Assembly (NCBI GenBank): GCA_965205505.1 | Contig: CBDBHB010000009.1 | Span: 2,464,001-2,528,000 of the forward strand | Length of the DNA: 64,000 nt | DNA from: Acidobacteriota bacterium | Lineage (GTDB): Bacteria > Acidobacteriota > UBA890 > WLXD01 | Direction of reading: 5' to 3' | Shown: piece after piece, positions 47,569-58,172 of the stretch | Layout: every line of letters starts with the position of its first letter | Numbering within the stretch: the stretch's first letter is position 1 | Notes under the pieces: model-generated | Told to the model about the DNA's origin: nothing | Database searches by the model: none | What the model saw: only the letters and a program-made list of their open reading frames with translations | Program-made: the position numbers and the translations under genes

Positions 47569-50472
47569 CTAGTTGCCGATGCTCATGATGTAGGCAACCA
47601 GGGCGTCGATCTCGACCTGCGGATCGTTGCCCAGTGGAGCCCAGTAGCCGCGGCCCGGATCGAGGCTGGCATAGAACTGCGGCATGTTGGTGCCGGGCTG
47701 CAGGCTTTGTGGATCCTTGATCCAGCCGTCGAGCCACTGCGGTCGTAGGCGGTCGGCTGCCAGGGCGAGGTCGGGCGCCCACTGCGTCGGTGGTACGCGC
47801 GGCTCCTGTTCGCCCTGGAAATGGCACGAGAAACACTGCAACGAGCCACCCTGATCCGCGGCCAGCACGGCGCCCTCGCGCACCAGACTCGCCGGGTACT
47901 CGTGCGCCGTGGTGAACGTCTCTTCGAACGGGTAAGGGGCCTCATCAAGGGCCGCGAAATAGGCGGTCAGGGCGTTGAGGTCCTCATCCTCGAACTGGAA
48001 CGTCGGCATGCGTACTTGCAGCCACGGGCGGATGGTGCTGGGCTCGTCGAAGAAACGGTATAGCCACGTAGGCTGCACGCGGGCCCCCTCGGAGCGCAGG
48101 TTCGGAGGTCCGAACACCAACCCGGCGGCAAGGCTGGCTACTTCGCCGGAGGCGAGCTTGGCCTCGGCGATAACATCGCGGATGGCGCCACCGCGGTCTT
48201 CCAGGATGTGGCAGCCGCGGCAGTTGTAGAGGTCGGCGATATGGCGGCCCTTTTCAATCGCCAGGCGCCGCGGTGTTGGTGCCGGCAGACTCTCGGCCGG
48301 CGTCTCCTCGCTGGTGAGCCCGAGGATTGCGGTGGCGAGCGCTTCGATCTCCTCTTCGGTGAGGTCGAAGCTCGGCATGCGGAGCATTTCCTCGGCCGAC
48401 CGCTCGCGGCCGTCGTCGTAGCTGCGCGGTGCGCGCAGCTTCTGCTCCAGGAACACGCCGCGCTCGTGCTCCATGTCGCGCAGCCCGAAATCGAGGCGCG
48501 TCACCGGCTTGCTGCCCCACTCTGTCAGGCTCGTGCCGACACGGCCGGCGTTCTCGAAGCCCGGGATCAAGTGGCAGCCCGAACAGCCGTAGCGATTGAT
48601 GAGCCGCTCGCCCAGGTAGTTGCGCGTCTCGTTTTCGTCCATCGACGCGACACGGGCGGCAGCCTCCTCGCTCGGCAGCTGCGTCCGCAAATACTCGAGC
48701 GCCACCGCGTCGCGTAGCGCCGGGTCGACGGGGGGAATCTGCGGATCCTCCCAGCCCGGCCGCTCGATGCCGACCAGATAGGCGGTGATGTCGCCCGCCT
48801 CCTGCGGTGTCAGCCGCAGGTCGGGCATCACCGTCTCGTCCCAATAGTGCGTCGGGTCACGTGCCCAGGTGTAGAGCCAGTCGGCGCTGACCTTGCTGCC
48901 GAGGCCGCTCAGGTTCGGGCCGTGGTGGCGATAGCCGCTGAAGCGCGCTGCTTCGCCAGGTCGTTCACCCTCCGTGTCCTCCTGGGCGCTGTCCTCGCCG
49001 ATCATGTGGCAGCCGAGGCAACCGACTGACTCGACCAGCACCTCACCGCGCTCGGCGTTGCCGTTCGGTGCGTTCTCCAACTCGATCTCGACGGAGTTGT
49101 CGAACAGATAGGTGACGATGCTCTCGGCCTCTACCTTGTTGCGCTCGGTCCAGTAGCTGTCGGAGGTGTTCGAGAGATTGAAGAACCGCGGCATCCGAGT
49201 GTCGGGTCGGTAGCTCTTGGGTTCCATTACCCAGTTGTAGGCCCACTCGATATCGGTCTTCGACCGCAGGAACGACAGGTTGGGTGCCGGTTTGCGGCGG
49301 TCGTCGAAGCGGTCGATCTGATGACAGCCGTAGCACCCTAATTTCTCGACCAACTCGAGCCCGTACTCGACCTTGGGGGCGTCCGGTAGCCAGTTGTCGC
49401 TGCCGTGGCAGCTCAGGCAGCCGGCCTGGGTTTCGCCCGAGGGCCGCATCGGCCACTCCCACAGGTGGGTGGGCTCCCAACCGTAGTCGTGTTCCCAGCG
49501 CTCGCGTTCGCTTTCGTTGTCCGGTGTGTGGACGGCGTTGAGAAAACTGGTGGCGTGGCCCTTACCGCCGTGGCACGAGCTACAGCCGAACTGCGCTGCC
49601 GGGTGCACCGAGTTGTCGGCGACGAACAGATCCAGGCGCGGGTGGGCGGTGAAGGGCGGCTCGCTGGTGGCGTAGTCGGCCAAGGCGGCTCCCAAGTGGC
49701 ATGACTGGCAGCGGTCGACGCGCGGCGCATCGGTGAAGTTGAGATCGAAGCGGACGTTGTTGAGCACCACTTGATTGATGCGCACCGACGGATTGAAGCT
49801 GTCCATGAAGGGAGCGTTGCGCAGGTAGTAGACCCAGTTGAAGCGCAGGCTGTTCACCCGCGCCTGCAGGCGCTCGATCTCGCGCTCCATCGCCGTGATC
49901 GCGCTCCGCGCCTCATCGCCGGCGCCAGTGAGGTCGTCACGGTCGGCCTGCAGCGCATCTCTCTCTAAGGTCAGCTCCTCGACCTCCGCGGCGTACCCCG
50001 CTACTTCCGCGATGGAGGCATCCAGGGTGGCGCGCTCGCTCGCGGCGCCTTCCTCACCCTCGTGCTTGCGGGCTTCCTCGAACACCCAACGGCGCGCGTC
50101 GTAGGTGGAGCGCGCGAAGCGCAGGTTCTGATCGGCGAGCTCCAGGCGAGTGTTGACGCGCGTCAGCTCGCTCTCCAACTCGCCTAACTGCGCCTGTTGG
50201 CCGGAGAGGGTCTCCTCTGCCGCGTCGCGCTGCTGACGCAGCTCGGCTAGCCGCTGCTGGTCGACGCCAGCTTGCTCATCGGCGAGCTGCTGTTGCGTGA
50301 CCTCGGCCTCGATGACGCGGAACTGCCGCTGATACGACTTCCACGGCCGGGCGTAGTCGTCCCAGACCATCCACAAGACGCTGAGCAGGCTGGCGATAGC
50401 AACTACCGCGAACCACAAGTTCAGGCGGTCGACGTCGCGCGCGTATACGCCCTTACGCTTCGGCTTGGCCAT
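47569..50472 (-). CDS. Membrane-anchored octaheme cytochrome c with long coiled coil
   Basis: Eight CxxCH motifs: CQSCH, CSSCH, CLSCH, CYGCH, CLGCH, CSGCH, CRGCH, CFSCH; one N-terminal TM helix. Confidence 0.92.
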   Translation of the reverse strand: MAKPKRKGVYARDVDRLNLWFAVVAIASLLSVLWMVWDDYARPWKSYQRQFRVIEAEVTQQQLADEQAGVDQQRLAELRQQRDAAEETLSGQQAQLGELESELTRVNTRLELADQNLRFARSTYDARRWVFEEARKHEGEEGAASERATLDASIAEVAGYAAEVEELTLERDALQADRDDLTGAGDEARSAITAMEREIERLQARVNSLRFNWVYYLRNAPFMDSFNPSVRINQVVLNNVRFDLNFTDAPRVDRCQSCHLGAALADYATSEPPFTAHPRLDLFVADNSVHPAAQFGCSSCHGGKGHATSFLNAVHTPDNESERERWEHDYGWEPTHLWEWPMRPSGETQAGCLSCHGSDNWLPDAPKVEYGLELVEKLGCYGCHQIDRFDDRRKPAPNLSFLRSKTDIEWAYNWVMEPKSYRPDTRMPRFFNLSNTSDSYWTERNKVEAESIVTYLFDNSVEIELENAPNGNAERGEVLVESVGCLGCHMIGEDSAQEDTEGERPGEAARFSGYRHHGPNLSGLGSKVSADWLYTWARDPTHYWDETVMPDLRLTPQEAGDITAYLVGIERPGWEDPQIPPVDPALRDAVALEYLRTQLPSEEAAARVASMDENETRNYLGERLINRYGCSGCHLIPGFENAGRVGTSLTEWGSKPVTRLDFGLRDMEHERGVFLEQKLRAPRSYDDGRERSAEEMLRMPSFDLTEEEIEALATAILGLTSEETPAESLPAPTPRRLAIEKGRHIADLYNCRGCHILEDRGGAIRDVIAEAKLASGEVASLAAGLVFGPPNLRSEGARVQPTWLYRFFDEPSTIRPWLQVRMPTFQFEDEDLNALTAYFAALDEAPYPFEETFTTAHEYPASLVREGAVLAADQGGSLQCFSCHFQGEQEPRVPPTQWAPDLALAADRLRPQWLDGWIKDPQSLQPGTNMPQFYASLDPGRGYWAPLGNDPQVEIDALVAYIMSIGN

Positions 50473-50537
50473 CCGTTTCCCCTTGCTCGGTCATCGCCCG
50501 TATTCGTTGCACAACGGTGTGGGGCGTGCCGCCGCCC

Positions 50538-51626
50538 CTAGATATTGAAGAAAAACTCCGGAATCGCGACGAAGTACTTCAAGTTCACGGTCCAGCGCAG
50601 ATACATCTTGATCGGCACCAGGCACATCCACAGGAGCAGCTGGGTGAAGATTACGTAGCGCATCATCCCCATCTGGTCAAAGTACTTCCGCATGAATCTG
50701 CTGGCGGCCCAGGCCGGCAGCGCGATGAAGTAGAGCAGCAACAGAACGATGCCGACGGACTCGCGCACCAGCCAGAAGCTGGGGAGCCCGATCCCCAGCC
50801 CGCGCGCCCAGACGAACTCGGACAGCTGAATATTGGCCAGAGGGACAAGCTTGTGCGCGTCCCAGATCTCGTAGGGACCGTAGAAGTTCCAGTTGGGCCC
50901 GCGCAGGAACGTACCCTGAAAGATCAGGAACACCCAGAGAACGATGAAGCCGAGTTGGAACAACACGATTTCAGAGGGGCGTTCCTCGAAGGTGTAGTAG
51001 CCGTTGCCCTTGGGATTCGGATCCATGTACGGGATCGCCATCAACCCGATGAGGATGAACGTCGGGATGACCACGCCCGCCAGCCACGGATCGAAGTAGA
51101 CGAGGATCTCCTGCAGCCCGAGGAAGTACCACGGTGCCTTGGAGGGGTTCGGCGTCAGCTGCGGGTTAGCGGGTTCCTCGAGGGGCGCCGGCACCAGGAT
51201 CGACCATACGACCAGCAGGATGCTCACCAGCAGCACGCACATGAACTCCGTGTACACCAGGTCCGGCCACACGAAGACCTTCTCCTCCTCCTCCTCTTCG
51301 GCCTCATACGGCGGCCGACCGTCCTTCATGCGCTCGTCGTTGTCGACTGCCTTCTTCAGTGCGAACCAGGTGAAGAAGACGACCAGGAACACCATCCCCG
51401 AGATGGGCAGGTTGTCGGGACGCTTGAACTGGATCCAGAAGTTGTCATCCAGCGCCGAGAGCGCGAAGAACACCAGCGGCGAGGCAACGATGCTGCCGGC
51501 GATCCACTTGTTTTTCGTCGCCTGGTGTCGATAGCGGTACAGCAGCAAGACCCCCGCGGTGGTCAACGTGACCGCGAAGTAGGGCTGAAAAAGCAAGTTG
51601 ATGAAGTTCTTGAGCGCCTCGATCAT
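50538..51626 (-). CDS. Cytochrome b C-terminal subunit (subunit IV-like) with N-terminal extension
   Basis: VWPDL, APLEEPANP..TPNPSKAPWYFLG (PEWY equivalent). Confidence 0.85.
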   Translation of the reverse strand: MIEALKNFINLLFQPYFAVTLTTAGVLLLYRYRHQATKNKWIAGSIVASPLVFFALSALDDNFWIQFKRPDNLPISGMVFLVVFFTWFALKKAVDNDERMKDGRPPYEAEEEEEEKVFVWPDLVYTEFMCVLLVSILLVVWSILVPAPLEEPANPQLTPNPSKAPWYFLGLQEILVYFDPWLAGVVIPTFILIGLMAIPYMDPNPKGNGYYTFEERPSEIVLFQLGFIVLWVFLIFQGTFLRGPNWNFYGPYEIWDAHKLVPLANIQLSEFVWARGLGIGLPSFWLVRESVGIVLLLLYFIALPAWAASRFMRKYFDQMGMMRYVIFTQLLLWMCLVPIKMYLRWTVNLKYFVAIPEFFFNI

Positions 51627-51648
51627 TGCTTCAGCATCCTGCTGCCGT

Positions 51649-52497
51649 TCACAGGGCTAGCTTCCCGCCCTTGCCAGGGCCGGAGATCCCACCGTCGCGG
51701 CGTACGCGCCAGAAGTGCACCGCGAGCAAGATCACGAAGATGAACGGGATTCCGAGACAGTGCAGCACGTAGAACCGCAGCAGGGCTGCCTCACCTACGA
51801 ATCTGCCCGCCAGCAGCACGAAGCGCATGTCAGAGCCAGCGGTAATAAGCGGCACTTCGCCGATCTGCATCAGCTGCTGACCTGGCCCCTCGGCCCCCAT
51901 GATCGGCGTCGCACGCGCCATGTTGCTGCCCACCGTCACTGCCCACATGGCCAGCTGATCCCAAGGCAGCAGGTAGCCGGTGAACGAAAACAGCAGGGTC
52001 AGCACCAGCAGCGTGACGCCGATAACCCAGTTGAACTCGCGCGGCGGCTTGTACGAGCCGGTGAGAAAAACACGCAGCATATGGAGCCACACCGTGATGA
52101 CCATCAAGTGCGCGCCCCAGCGGTGCATCTCACGCATCAGGCCGAGCGACACCGACTCCATCAAGTCGAGCATGTCCGGATAGGCGTGCTGCGCGGTCGG
52201 GCGGTAGTAGAACATCAGCAGGATGCCGGTGACCGTCAGCGAGAGGAAGAGAAAGAACGAGATTCCGCCCATGCACCAGGTGTACGAGATCCGCAGCCCC
52301 TGCTTGCGCATGCGCACCGGATGCAGGTGCAGGAACACGTTGGTCAGCACCACCAGCGCCCGGTTCTTCGGATCCTGCGGCAGCTTGTGGCGGAAGAGCG
52401 ACTTCCACACCGGGGTGCGGGTAAAGTCGCCGTACCAGTCCTCGGGTGAGCCGAACCTCTCCTTCAGACCCTTCAGACGTTCTCCGAGACTGCTCAT
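51649..52497 (-). CDS. Cytochrome b6-like N-terminal subunit
   Basis: [46 protein letters not shown]. Confidence 0.92.
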   Translation of the reverse strand: MSSLGERLKGLKERFGSPEDWYGDFTRTPVWKSLFRHKLPQDPKNRALVVLTNVFLHLHPVRMRKQGLRISYTWCMGGISFFLFLSLTVTGILLMFYYRPTAQHAYPDMLDLMESVSLGLMREMHRWGAHLMVITVWLHMLRVFLTGSYKPPREFNWVIGVTLLVLTLLFSFTGYLLPWDQLAMWAVTVGSNMARATPIMGAEGPGQQLMQIGEVPLITAGSDMRFVLLAGRFVGEAALLRFYVLHCLGIPFIFVILLAVHFWRVRRDGGISGPGKGGKLAL

Positions 52498-52531
52498 CCG
52501 AGCTTTGCTCCTGGCGGATTCAGCATCGATC

Positions 52532-53083
52532 TCAAGCGCTAAAGCGGAGGAACGAGTCGGGATCGTCCCAGCCACCCTGCTCGAATAGGAACTTGCGCGA
52601 TTTGTCGACCAGAATCTGGCCGTCGTCGGCCAGCGAGACGGCAGCTCGTTCGAGCGGACGTGGTGCGGGCCCCTCGAAGTTCATGCCGGTGCTGTAGAAG
52701 CCACTGCCGTGGCATGGGCATTTGAACTTGTTCTCGGCGGCCAGCCAATTGGGTGTGCAGCCAAGGTGCGTGCAAACCGAGATCAGCGCGTAGAAACCCT
52801 CCTCGTTGCGCACCACCCAAACGCCGTAGCGATCTTTGAAGGCCAGCGACACCTCGCCGACCTGGAAGTCGACTGGCAGCCCGATCTTGAACTGCAGGGG
52901 CGGCTCGTACAGCACATTCGGAAACATGAACCTCGTCGTGGCGGCCAGCATGGCGCCCACAGCCCCGGTGAACGCCGCCCAGCCGATGGTTACCCACGGC
53001 AAGGATTCGAGGAACTCACGGCGACTCTTGCCGCCCTCTGCCTGCCCACCTGCAGCGGCCCTTGGTGTCTCGGTTTCTGCCAT
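52532..53083 (-). CDS. Rieske [2Fe-2S] subunit
   Basis: Tat motif SRREFL; CTHLGC; CPCHGS; GPAPRPL. Confidence 0.94.
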   Translation of the reverse strand: MAETETPRAAAGGQAEGGKSRREFLESLPWVTIGWAAFTGAVGAMLAATTRFMFPNVLYEPPLQFKIGLPVDFQVGEVSLAFKDRYGVWVVRNEEGFYALISVCTHLGCTPNWLAAENKFKCPCHGSGFYSTGMNFEGPAPRPLERAAVSLADDGQILVDKSRKFLFEQGGWDDPDSFLRFSA

Positions 53084-53097
53084 CTCTCTGGCTCCCC

Positions 53098-54021
53098 CTA
53101 TTGCTCCTGAGCCAGGAGCGTTGATGCATCGCGAGTTACCGATCCCTGCGGCGCCGAGAGAACCCGGCGAGCCGCCTCGCGTACGCGAAGATCGGGGTCC
53201 GTGTCGCGCAGATCCGTCAATTTGTCTTCCAAGCCGCTGGTGCCCAGTCGTTCCAGCGCCTGAAGCGCCGCTAGCATGGTGGGGCTGTGATCCTGTGAGT
53301 CGATGCCCGGTACCGAGGAGAGGTGCTCACGGTCGATCATGCGTCGAAGCATTTCCTTGCCGCCGTCGTGCCCCAACATGGCGAGCGCAACCGCAGCGTT
53401 CCAGCGTACTGCGGGCACAGTATCGTTCAACGCGACGCGTAGCGAGCGCTCTACGTCCGGATTTGCCAGAACTCCGAGCACATAAGCAGCCATTGTCCGC
53501 ACCGCCGGGACGCTGTCGTTCAGCTGTTCGGCGATGGCGGTTGCGGCGCTCGGATCGCCGATCACGCCCAAGGCCCAAGCGGCGTTGACGCGCGCCTCGG
53601 AGTCCTCGTCTCGGGTAGTCGCCACGAGCACGGGGACGGCCGACGGATGCTCGAGGCGTCCGAGAGCAATGCTGAGGAACCTACGCACGCGCGGGTCGCC
53701 ATCCTCGGCGCGCTGCAGCGCGTTGATGACCTGTGCGGTGAACTCGGGGTCGTCTTTGAGCTGCTCGTTGTACTGCAGCTGCTGCGACAGATGGAAGGCG
53801 GCCTGCCAGGGTTCGTTGATGCCGTTGCCGCTGAGCGCCGGTAGGTAGTCAGCGGGGTCGGCGCCATCGTGGGCCAGGACGCCGAACATCAAGAACAGGG
53901 CGATCCCCACCATTACCATCAGCAGCGGCAGGATGAAGAACCCGATGGCGACTCGGAACGGACTCGGCTCGTCCACGCCGTCAGAGGTCTCCGGAGACTC
54001 CGGAACGTTGGGGTCGGTCAT
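53098..54021 (-). CDS. Membrane-anchored HEAT-repeat protein
   Basis: One TM helix, then VRRFLSIALG, ARVNAAWALG, VRTMAAYVLG and VRWNAAVALA repeats. Confidence 0.85.
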   Translation of the reverse strand: MTDPNVPESPETSDGVDEPSPFRVAIGFFILPLLMVMVGIALFLMFGVLAHDGADPADYLPALSGNGINEPWQAAFHLSQQLQYNEQLKDDPEFTAQVINALQRAEDGDPRVRRFLSIALGRLEHPSAVPVLVATTRDEDSEARVNAAWALGVIGDPSAATAIAEQLNDSVPAVRTMAAYVLGVLANPDVERSLRVALNDTVPAVRWNAAVALAMLGHDGGKEMLRRMIDREHLSSVPGIDSQDHSPTMLAALQALERLGTSGLEDKLTDLRDTDPDLRVREAARRVLSAPQGSVTRDASTLLAQEQ

Positions 54022-54090
54022 ATGTTCGCGTATCGAGACCTTGCCAGATCGTGCGGCCGCACAGCCCCCACCGGGCCGCGGAGCGCGTAC

Positions 54091-54119
54091 AACCTACCCT
54101 CGATGCCTAGGGGTGTCAA
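54091..54119 (-). promoter_or_regulatory. Sigma70-type promoter for the HEAT-Rieske-cytochrome b operon
   Basis: TTGACA-17 nt-TAGGTT on the minus strand. Confidence 0.7.
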
Positions 54120-54168
54120 ATCATCGATATCGACGCCGAGAGGCTGCCAATTAAGGCTTCCGGAACGA

Positions 54169-54645
54169 TCAGGCGTCGCTCTGCTGGGCCTCCTCGGCGA
54201 CAGCGTTGATGGGTGCCTCACGACGGTATCGATCTGCCAGCAACGGATCGTGGGCGCGGTGCAGCGGGTTGTGCTCGAATCCACGATGGATGGCCTCGCA
54301 TCCATAGCAAACGGTGATCTCCGGCACGAGGCGGTACAGGCCATAGTCCAGCGCCATGAACACGACCAGGCTCAAGCCGTAGGTCCAGGGAGACAGCACG
54401 GCGCCAATGACCACCATTACTAGCCCGATCTTGCGGTTGAAGTCCTTCTGTGCGAAGAGCCGATCATAGCCGCAGGCGATGCAAGCTACAGCGGGGTCGA
54501 CGACGACGACGGAGTCGTCGAGAGTGCCCTCGACATACGCCATCGTGTGGCCGCAACTCGAGCACGCCAGGCTGCGCTTGCCGTCGAGATCCTGTTGGTC
54601 GGGGCGCTGGCACTCAGGGCAGCGCCATTCAAGCGAGTGGCCCAT
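54169..54645 (-). CDS. Zinc-ribbon membrane protein
   Basis: CPEC, CSSC, CIAC, two TM segments, CYGC. Confidence 0.75.
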   Translation of the reverse strand: MGHSLEWRCPECQRPDQQDLDGKRSLACSSCGHTMAYVEGTLDDSVVVVDPAVACIACGYDRLFAQKDFNRKIGLVMVVIGAVLSPWTYGLSLVVFMALDYGLYRLVPEITVCYGCEAIHRGFEHNPLHRAHDPLLADRYRREAPINAVAEEAQQSDA

Positions 54646-55454
54646 CAGTACGGATGTCCCGTCGAGAGCGAGAGATAGAGCGAGATCACCTCACCGAAAA
54701 GCACGAACACGATCGCAGCATACAAGATCCCAGTCGCCGACTGGATGGAGCGAATCTGGACGGTCTTCCAAGTCATCCACCCCAACACGATGGGCGCCAG
54801 CACGCCGAGTGTGGCGCGTACGGCCACGAAGAGAGCGTCCCCGAGCACGAAGGCCCGCAATAGGCCGCCGCCGGTGTCGTTCCAACCCGGCAGATGGATC
54901 GCCACTATGGCGAACAACAGGATCAGCTTGACGCCCTCGGTGGCGAGAAACATCCCTAGCACGCGGTTGAGCGGCGCGATCGGCATCCGCGGCTCGATGA
55001 GGTACCAGTGGGCCAGGATCATCGCTAGCAGCACCGACCCCAGCGCCATAGCGATGCTGAATAGACCCGCCACGTAGACGACAGACTCGAACGTGCCGGC
55101 ACCGGTCGCTGGTCGCAACGTCGGATCTAGCACGATCGAAGCGATTGCCGCGATCGTAGCGAGACCGAGCAGCCAGCCGTGGCGCTCATTTCCGGCGACG
55201 GCCTTGCGCGCGCCAAACCCGATCAGCAACAGCGACGCGATGGCCAGCGCCAGCAGCGACCCGCGGCCGGGGTGGGGGAGCGCTGCGCTCAGGACGCTCA
55301 GCCGCAATCCCATGCCGAGCCCGAAACCAGTAAGGACGAGCAAAATCGTCAAACGCCAGAAGCCTGGGCCCGTCGGCGGTCTCGCGACCAGGGCGGCGAC
55401 CACCATTCCCACCGAGGTATAGATGAGCATCACCGAGACGGCGGCGAAGAGCAT
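54645..55454 (-). CDS. Polytopic membrane protein, unknown function
   Basis: About 8 hydrophobic segments; MILAHWYL and SATGILY motifs; stop overlaps the next start. Confidence 0.72.
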   Translation of the reverse strand: MLFAAVSVMLIYTSVGMVVAALVARPPTGPGFWRLTILLVLTGFGLGMGLRLSVLSAALPHPGRGSLLALAIASLLLIGFGARKAVAGNERHGWLLGLATIAAIASIVLDPTLRPATGAGTFESVVYVAGLFSIAMALGSVLLAMILAHWYLIEPRMPIAPLNRVLGMFLATEGVKLILLFAIVAIHLPGWNDTGGGLLRAFVLGDALFVAVRATLGVLAPIVLGWMTWKTVQIRSIQSATGILYAAIVFVLFGEVISLYLSLSTGHPY

Positions 55455-55590
55455 TTGGAAAGCGCTTGTGTAACGGCGCGGCCAGACGTTGCCGGCGCGG
55501 CGGCTTGAAGGGAATTGGGCGCGGTGCGGCGAACTGCCGCGCGCCCCGATGCGGGCCGCAGATTACCACGGCCACGCTAGACTGCTGTGC

Positions 55591-56331
55591 ATGAGCAGGA
55601 AGCCGCACATTGCCATCGTCATGCCGGCGCGCGACGAGGCGCAGGCGCTGCCCCATGTGCTTGCCGAGATTCCGTCAGAGCACTCTCCGCGCATCGTGGT
55701 TGTCGACAACGGCAGCGTCGACGGTACCGGTGAAGTGGCGCGCCGGCTCGGCGCGGAGGTGGTGCTCGAGGAGCGGCCAGGCTACGGCATCGCGTGCCAG
55801 GCCGGGCTACGTCATCTGGCCGCCGACCCTCCGAACATCGTCGTGATTCTTGATGCCGACCACAGCGACTATCCGCAGGACCTCGATGCCGTGTTGCAGC
55901 CGATACTGGCTGGCGAGGCTGATCTCGTGTGCGGAAACCGGGTACGTTTGGCCGAGCCCGGCGCGCTGGGTCCGCACGTGCGCTGGGGGAACAGTCTGTC
56001 GACGATGCTGATCCGACTCTTGTTCGGCCATAGGTACGAGGACATGGGGCCGTTTCGAGCGATTCGCTGGGAGGCGCTGCAGCAACTGCAAATGTGCGAC
56101 CCGGCGTACGGTTGGAATGCCGAGATGCAGGTAAAGGCGCTCCAGCATCGGCTCCGAGTTCGTGAGGTTGCAGTGCGCTACCGGGCTCGCAGAGGTCGCT
56201 CGAAGATCAGCGGCACACTGCGCGGCACGCTCGGCGCCGGCGCCGGAATCCTGCTGACCGTACTGTGCTTGCGCTTCGCCCCCCGATGGTATGCTCGCCG
56301 GGTTCCCGTTCCGACCGCACCGTTCTCGTAG
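55591..56331 (+). CDS. Family 2 glycosyltransferase
   Basis: MPARDE, VVDNGSVDGT, LDADHS, DMGPFRAI, GRSKISG. Confidence 0.92.
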   Translation: MSRKPHIAIVMPARDEAQALPHVLAEIPSEHSPRIVVVDNGSVDGTGEVARRLGAEVVLEERPGYGIACQAGLRHLAADPPNIVVILDADHSDYPQDLDAVLQPILAGEADLVCGNRVRLAEPGALGPHVRWGNSLSTMLIRLLFGHRYEDMGPFRAIRWEALQQLQMCDPAYGWNAEMQVKALQHRLRVREVAVRYRARRGRSKISGTLRGTLGAGAGILLTVLCLRFAPRWYARRVPVPTAPFS

Positions 56332-56369
56332 TCCAGCGACCCGAGAGCCGCGGCTCGCCGCCACCGTTC

Positions 56370-57569
56370 ATGGACCGCCTGGCCTTCTATCGCTCGCTCG
56401 CCACGCCCTCGGATCAACGCATCCTCTTCATGGTGCTCGATGGCCTGGGCGGCTTACCGCACCCCGAGACCGGGCTCACCGAGCTCGAGAAGGCACACAC
56501 TCCGACGCTCGACGAGCTGGCATCGGGGGGCGAGTGTGGGCTCACCGTTCCCGTGCTACCGGGGATCACCCCCGGCAGCGGCCCTGCGCACATCGCCTTG
56601 TTCGGATACGACCCGGTTGAAAACCAGGTAGGCCGCGGTGTGTTGGCCGCGCTCGGCGAGGATTTCGATCTACGTTCGGGCGATGTCGCTGCGCGGATCA
56701 ACTTCTGCACGCTCGACGGCGACGGCAACGTGGTGGACCGTCGCGCCGGACGCATCGACGATCCCCAGGCCATGCCGTTGGTCGAGCGTCTTGACGCCAT
56801 CGACTTGGGACGGGGCATCGAGTGCAGCGTACGGCACGTGAAGCAGTATCGTGCCTGTGTGATTCTGCGCGGCGATGATCTGGACGGGCGCATCGCGGAC
56901 ACCGATCCGCAACGCACGGGCGTGCCCCCGCTGGCGCCGCGCGCGCTGGCCGATGCCGCCGGACCGACCGCTGATCTGGCCGGCCGCTTCATCCACGCTG
57001 CACACCTTGCGTTGGCCGACCAGGACGTGGCCAACGGGGTGCTGTTGCGCGGCTTCGACGGATTCCGACCGCTACCGAGCTTTGCCGATCTCTACGGGGT
57101 GCGGGCGGCTGCCGTGGCCAGTTACCCGATGTATCTGGGAGCCGCCCGGCTCGCCGGCATGAGCGCGCATCGGGCGCCCGATTCCCCGGATGCCCTGGCG
57201 GCCACGGTGGCTTCGGTCGCCGATAGTGACTTCGTGTTCCTGCACTACAAGTCCACCGACAGCCGCGGAGAGGACGGTGACTACGAGGGCAAGGTCGCGG
57301 AGATCGAAAAAGCCGATGCGTTGCTGGCACGGCTGCGTTCAGCCTTCGACGTGGTCATGGTCACCGGAGATCACTCGACGCCGGCGCGAATGCGGTCGCA
57401 TTCGTGGCATCCGGTGCCATTGCTCATCCATAGTGATCGTGCCCGCAGCAACGAGCGTAAGTTCGGCGAGCGAGCCTGCGCGCAAGGCAGCCTCGGGCAA
57501 GTGCGGTCCATCGACATATTGCCGCTTGTGCTGGCGCACGCCGGGCGCCTACGGAAGTTCGGCGCCTGA
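56370..57569 (+). CDS. apgM: 2,3-BPG-independent phosphoglycerate mutase (ApgM type)
   Basis: LDGLGG, TPGSGPAH..LFGYDP, DRRAGRI, HYKSTD, TGDHSTP, HSWHPVP. Confidence 0.9.
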   Translation: MDRLAFYRSLATPSDQRILFMVLDGLGGLPHPETGLTELEKAHTPTLDELASGGECGLTVPVLPGITPGSGPAHIALFGYDPVENQVGRGVLAALGEDFDLRSGDVAARINFCTLDGDGNVVDRRAGRIDDPQAMPLVERLDAIDLGRGIECSVRHVKQYRACVILRGDDLDGRIADTDPQRTGVPPLAPRALADAAGPTADLAGRFIHAAHLALADQDVANGVLLRGFDGFRPLPSFADLYGVRAAAVASYPMYLGAARLAGMSAHRAPDSPDALAATVASVADSDFVFLHYKSTDSRGEDGDYEGKVAEIEKADALLARLRSAFDVVMVTGDHSTPARMRSHSWHPVPLLIHSDRARSNERKFGERACAQGSLGQVRSIDILPLVLAHAGRLRKFGA

Positions 57570-58172
57570 GACACGTGCTCGCGCCGCCTCGAGATCTTCG
57601 GGCGTATTGATGTTGTGCAGCATGTCGCGCGGATCGCCGAACACGCGCAGCTCGGAATCGCGGATCTCGACCGCGTCGACGCGGTCGAGAAGGCGTTGAA
57701 GATCGCGTCGCCCACCGTCGAGCCAGGCGCGGAGCGGTGGCAGGAACGCGGGGGAGTAGGCCGCACACAGCGGGTGCCAGCGTTGTCCGTGCCGGGGCGC
57801 TGCGGCGATGCGCCCATCGGTCAAGCGCTGCAGCAGGTCGGCAAGGAGCGCCGCTGGCACGAACGGTAGGTCTGCGGCGCACACGACGAGCGCCGCACCA
57901 GCGAACGCCGCCAGGCCGGTCTCGATAGCTCCGGCAGGTCCGCATCCGGGGCGGAGATCCGCGAGCACCGGCCAGCCGAGCCCCGGTATCGGCTCGCCGC
58001 CGAGTTGTAGGCGCGCTTCGCACACCGCCGACAGTGCCCTTGCCGACCACATGCCGAGGGGGCGATCGCCGAGCGATAGCGCGGATTTGTCTACCCCCAT
58101 TCGCGCACTTTGGCCGCCCGCGACGACCGCGACCACGGCGCGCGCAATGTCGCCACTGCGATCCTCACGCAT
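57549..58172 (-). CDS. mobA: Molybdenum cofactor guanylyltransferase
   Basis: AGGQSARMGVDKS, GPAGAI, AADLPF, HPLCAAY, NINTPED. Confidence 0.9.
   Translation of the reverse strand: MREDRSGDIARAVVAVVAGGQSARMGVDKSALSLGDRPLGMWSARALSAVCEARLQLGGEPIPGLGWPVLADLRPGCGPAGAIETGLAAFAGAALVVCAADLPFVPAALLADLLQRLTDGRIAAAPRHGQRWHPLCAAYSPAFLPPLRAWLDGGRRDLQRLLDRVDAVEIRDSELRVFGDPRDMLHNINTPEDLEAARARVSGAELP

Noticed and set aside
54124-54133. Palindrome tcgatatcga beside the -35 box as an FNR/CRP site
   Set aside because: Does not fit TTGAT-N4-ATCAA spacing; too short to support
57549-57569. Convergent 21-bp overlap of apgM and mobA
   Set aside because: Short tail-to-tail overlaps are ordinary in GC-rich genomes
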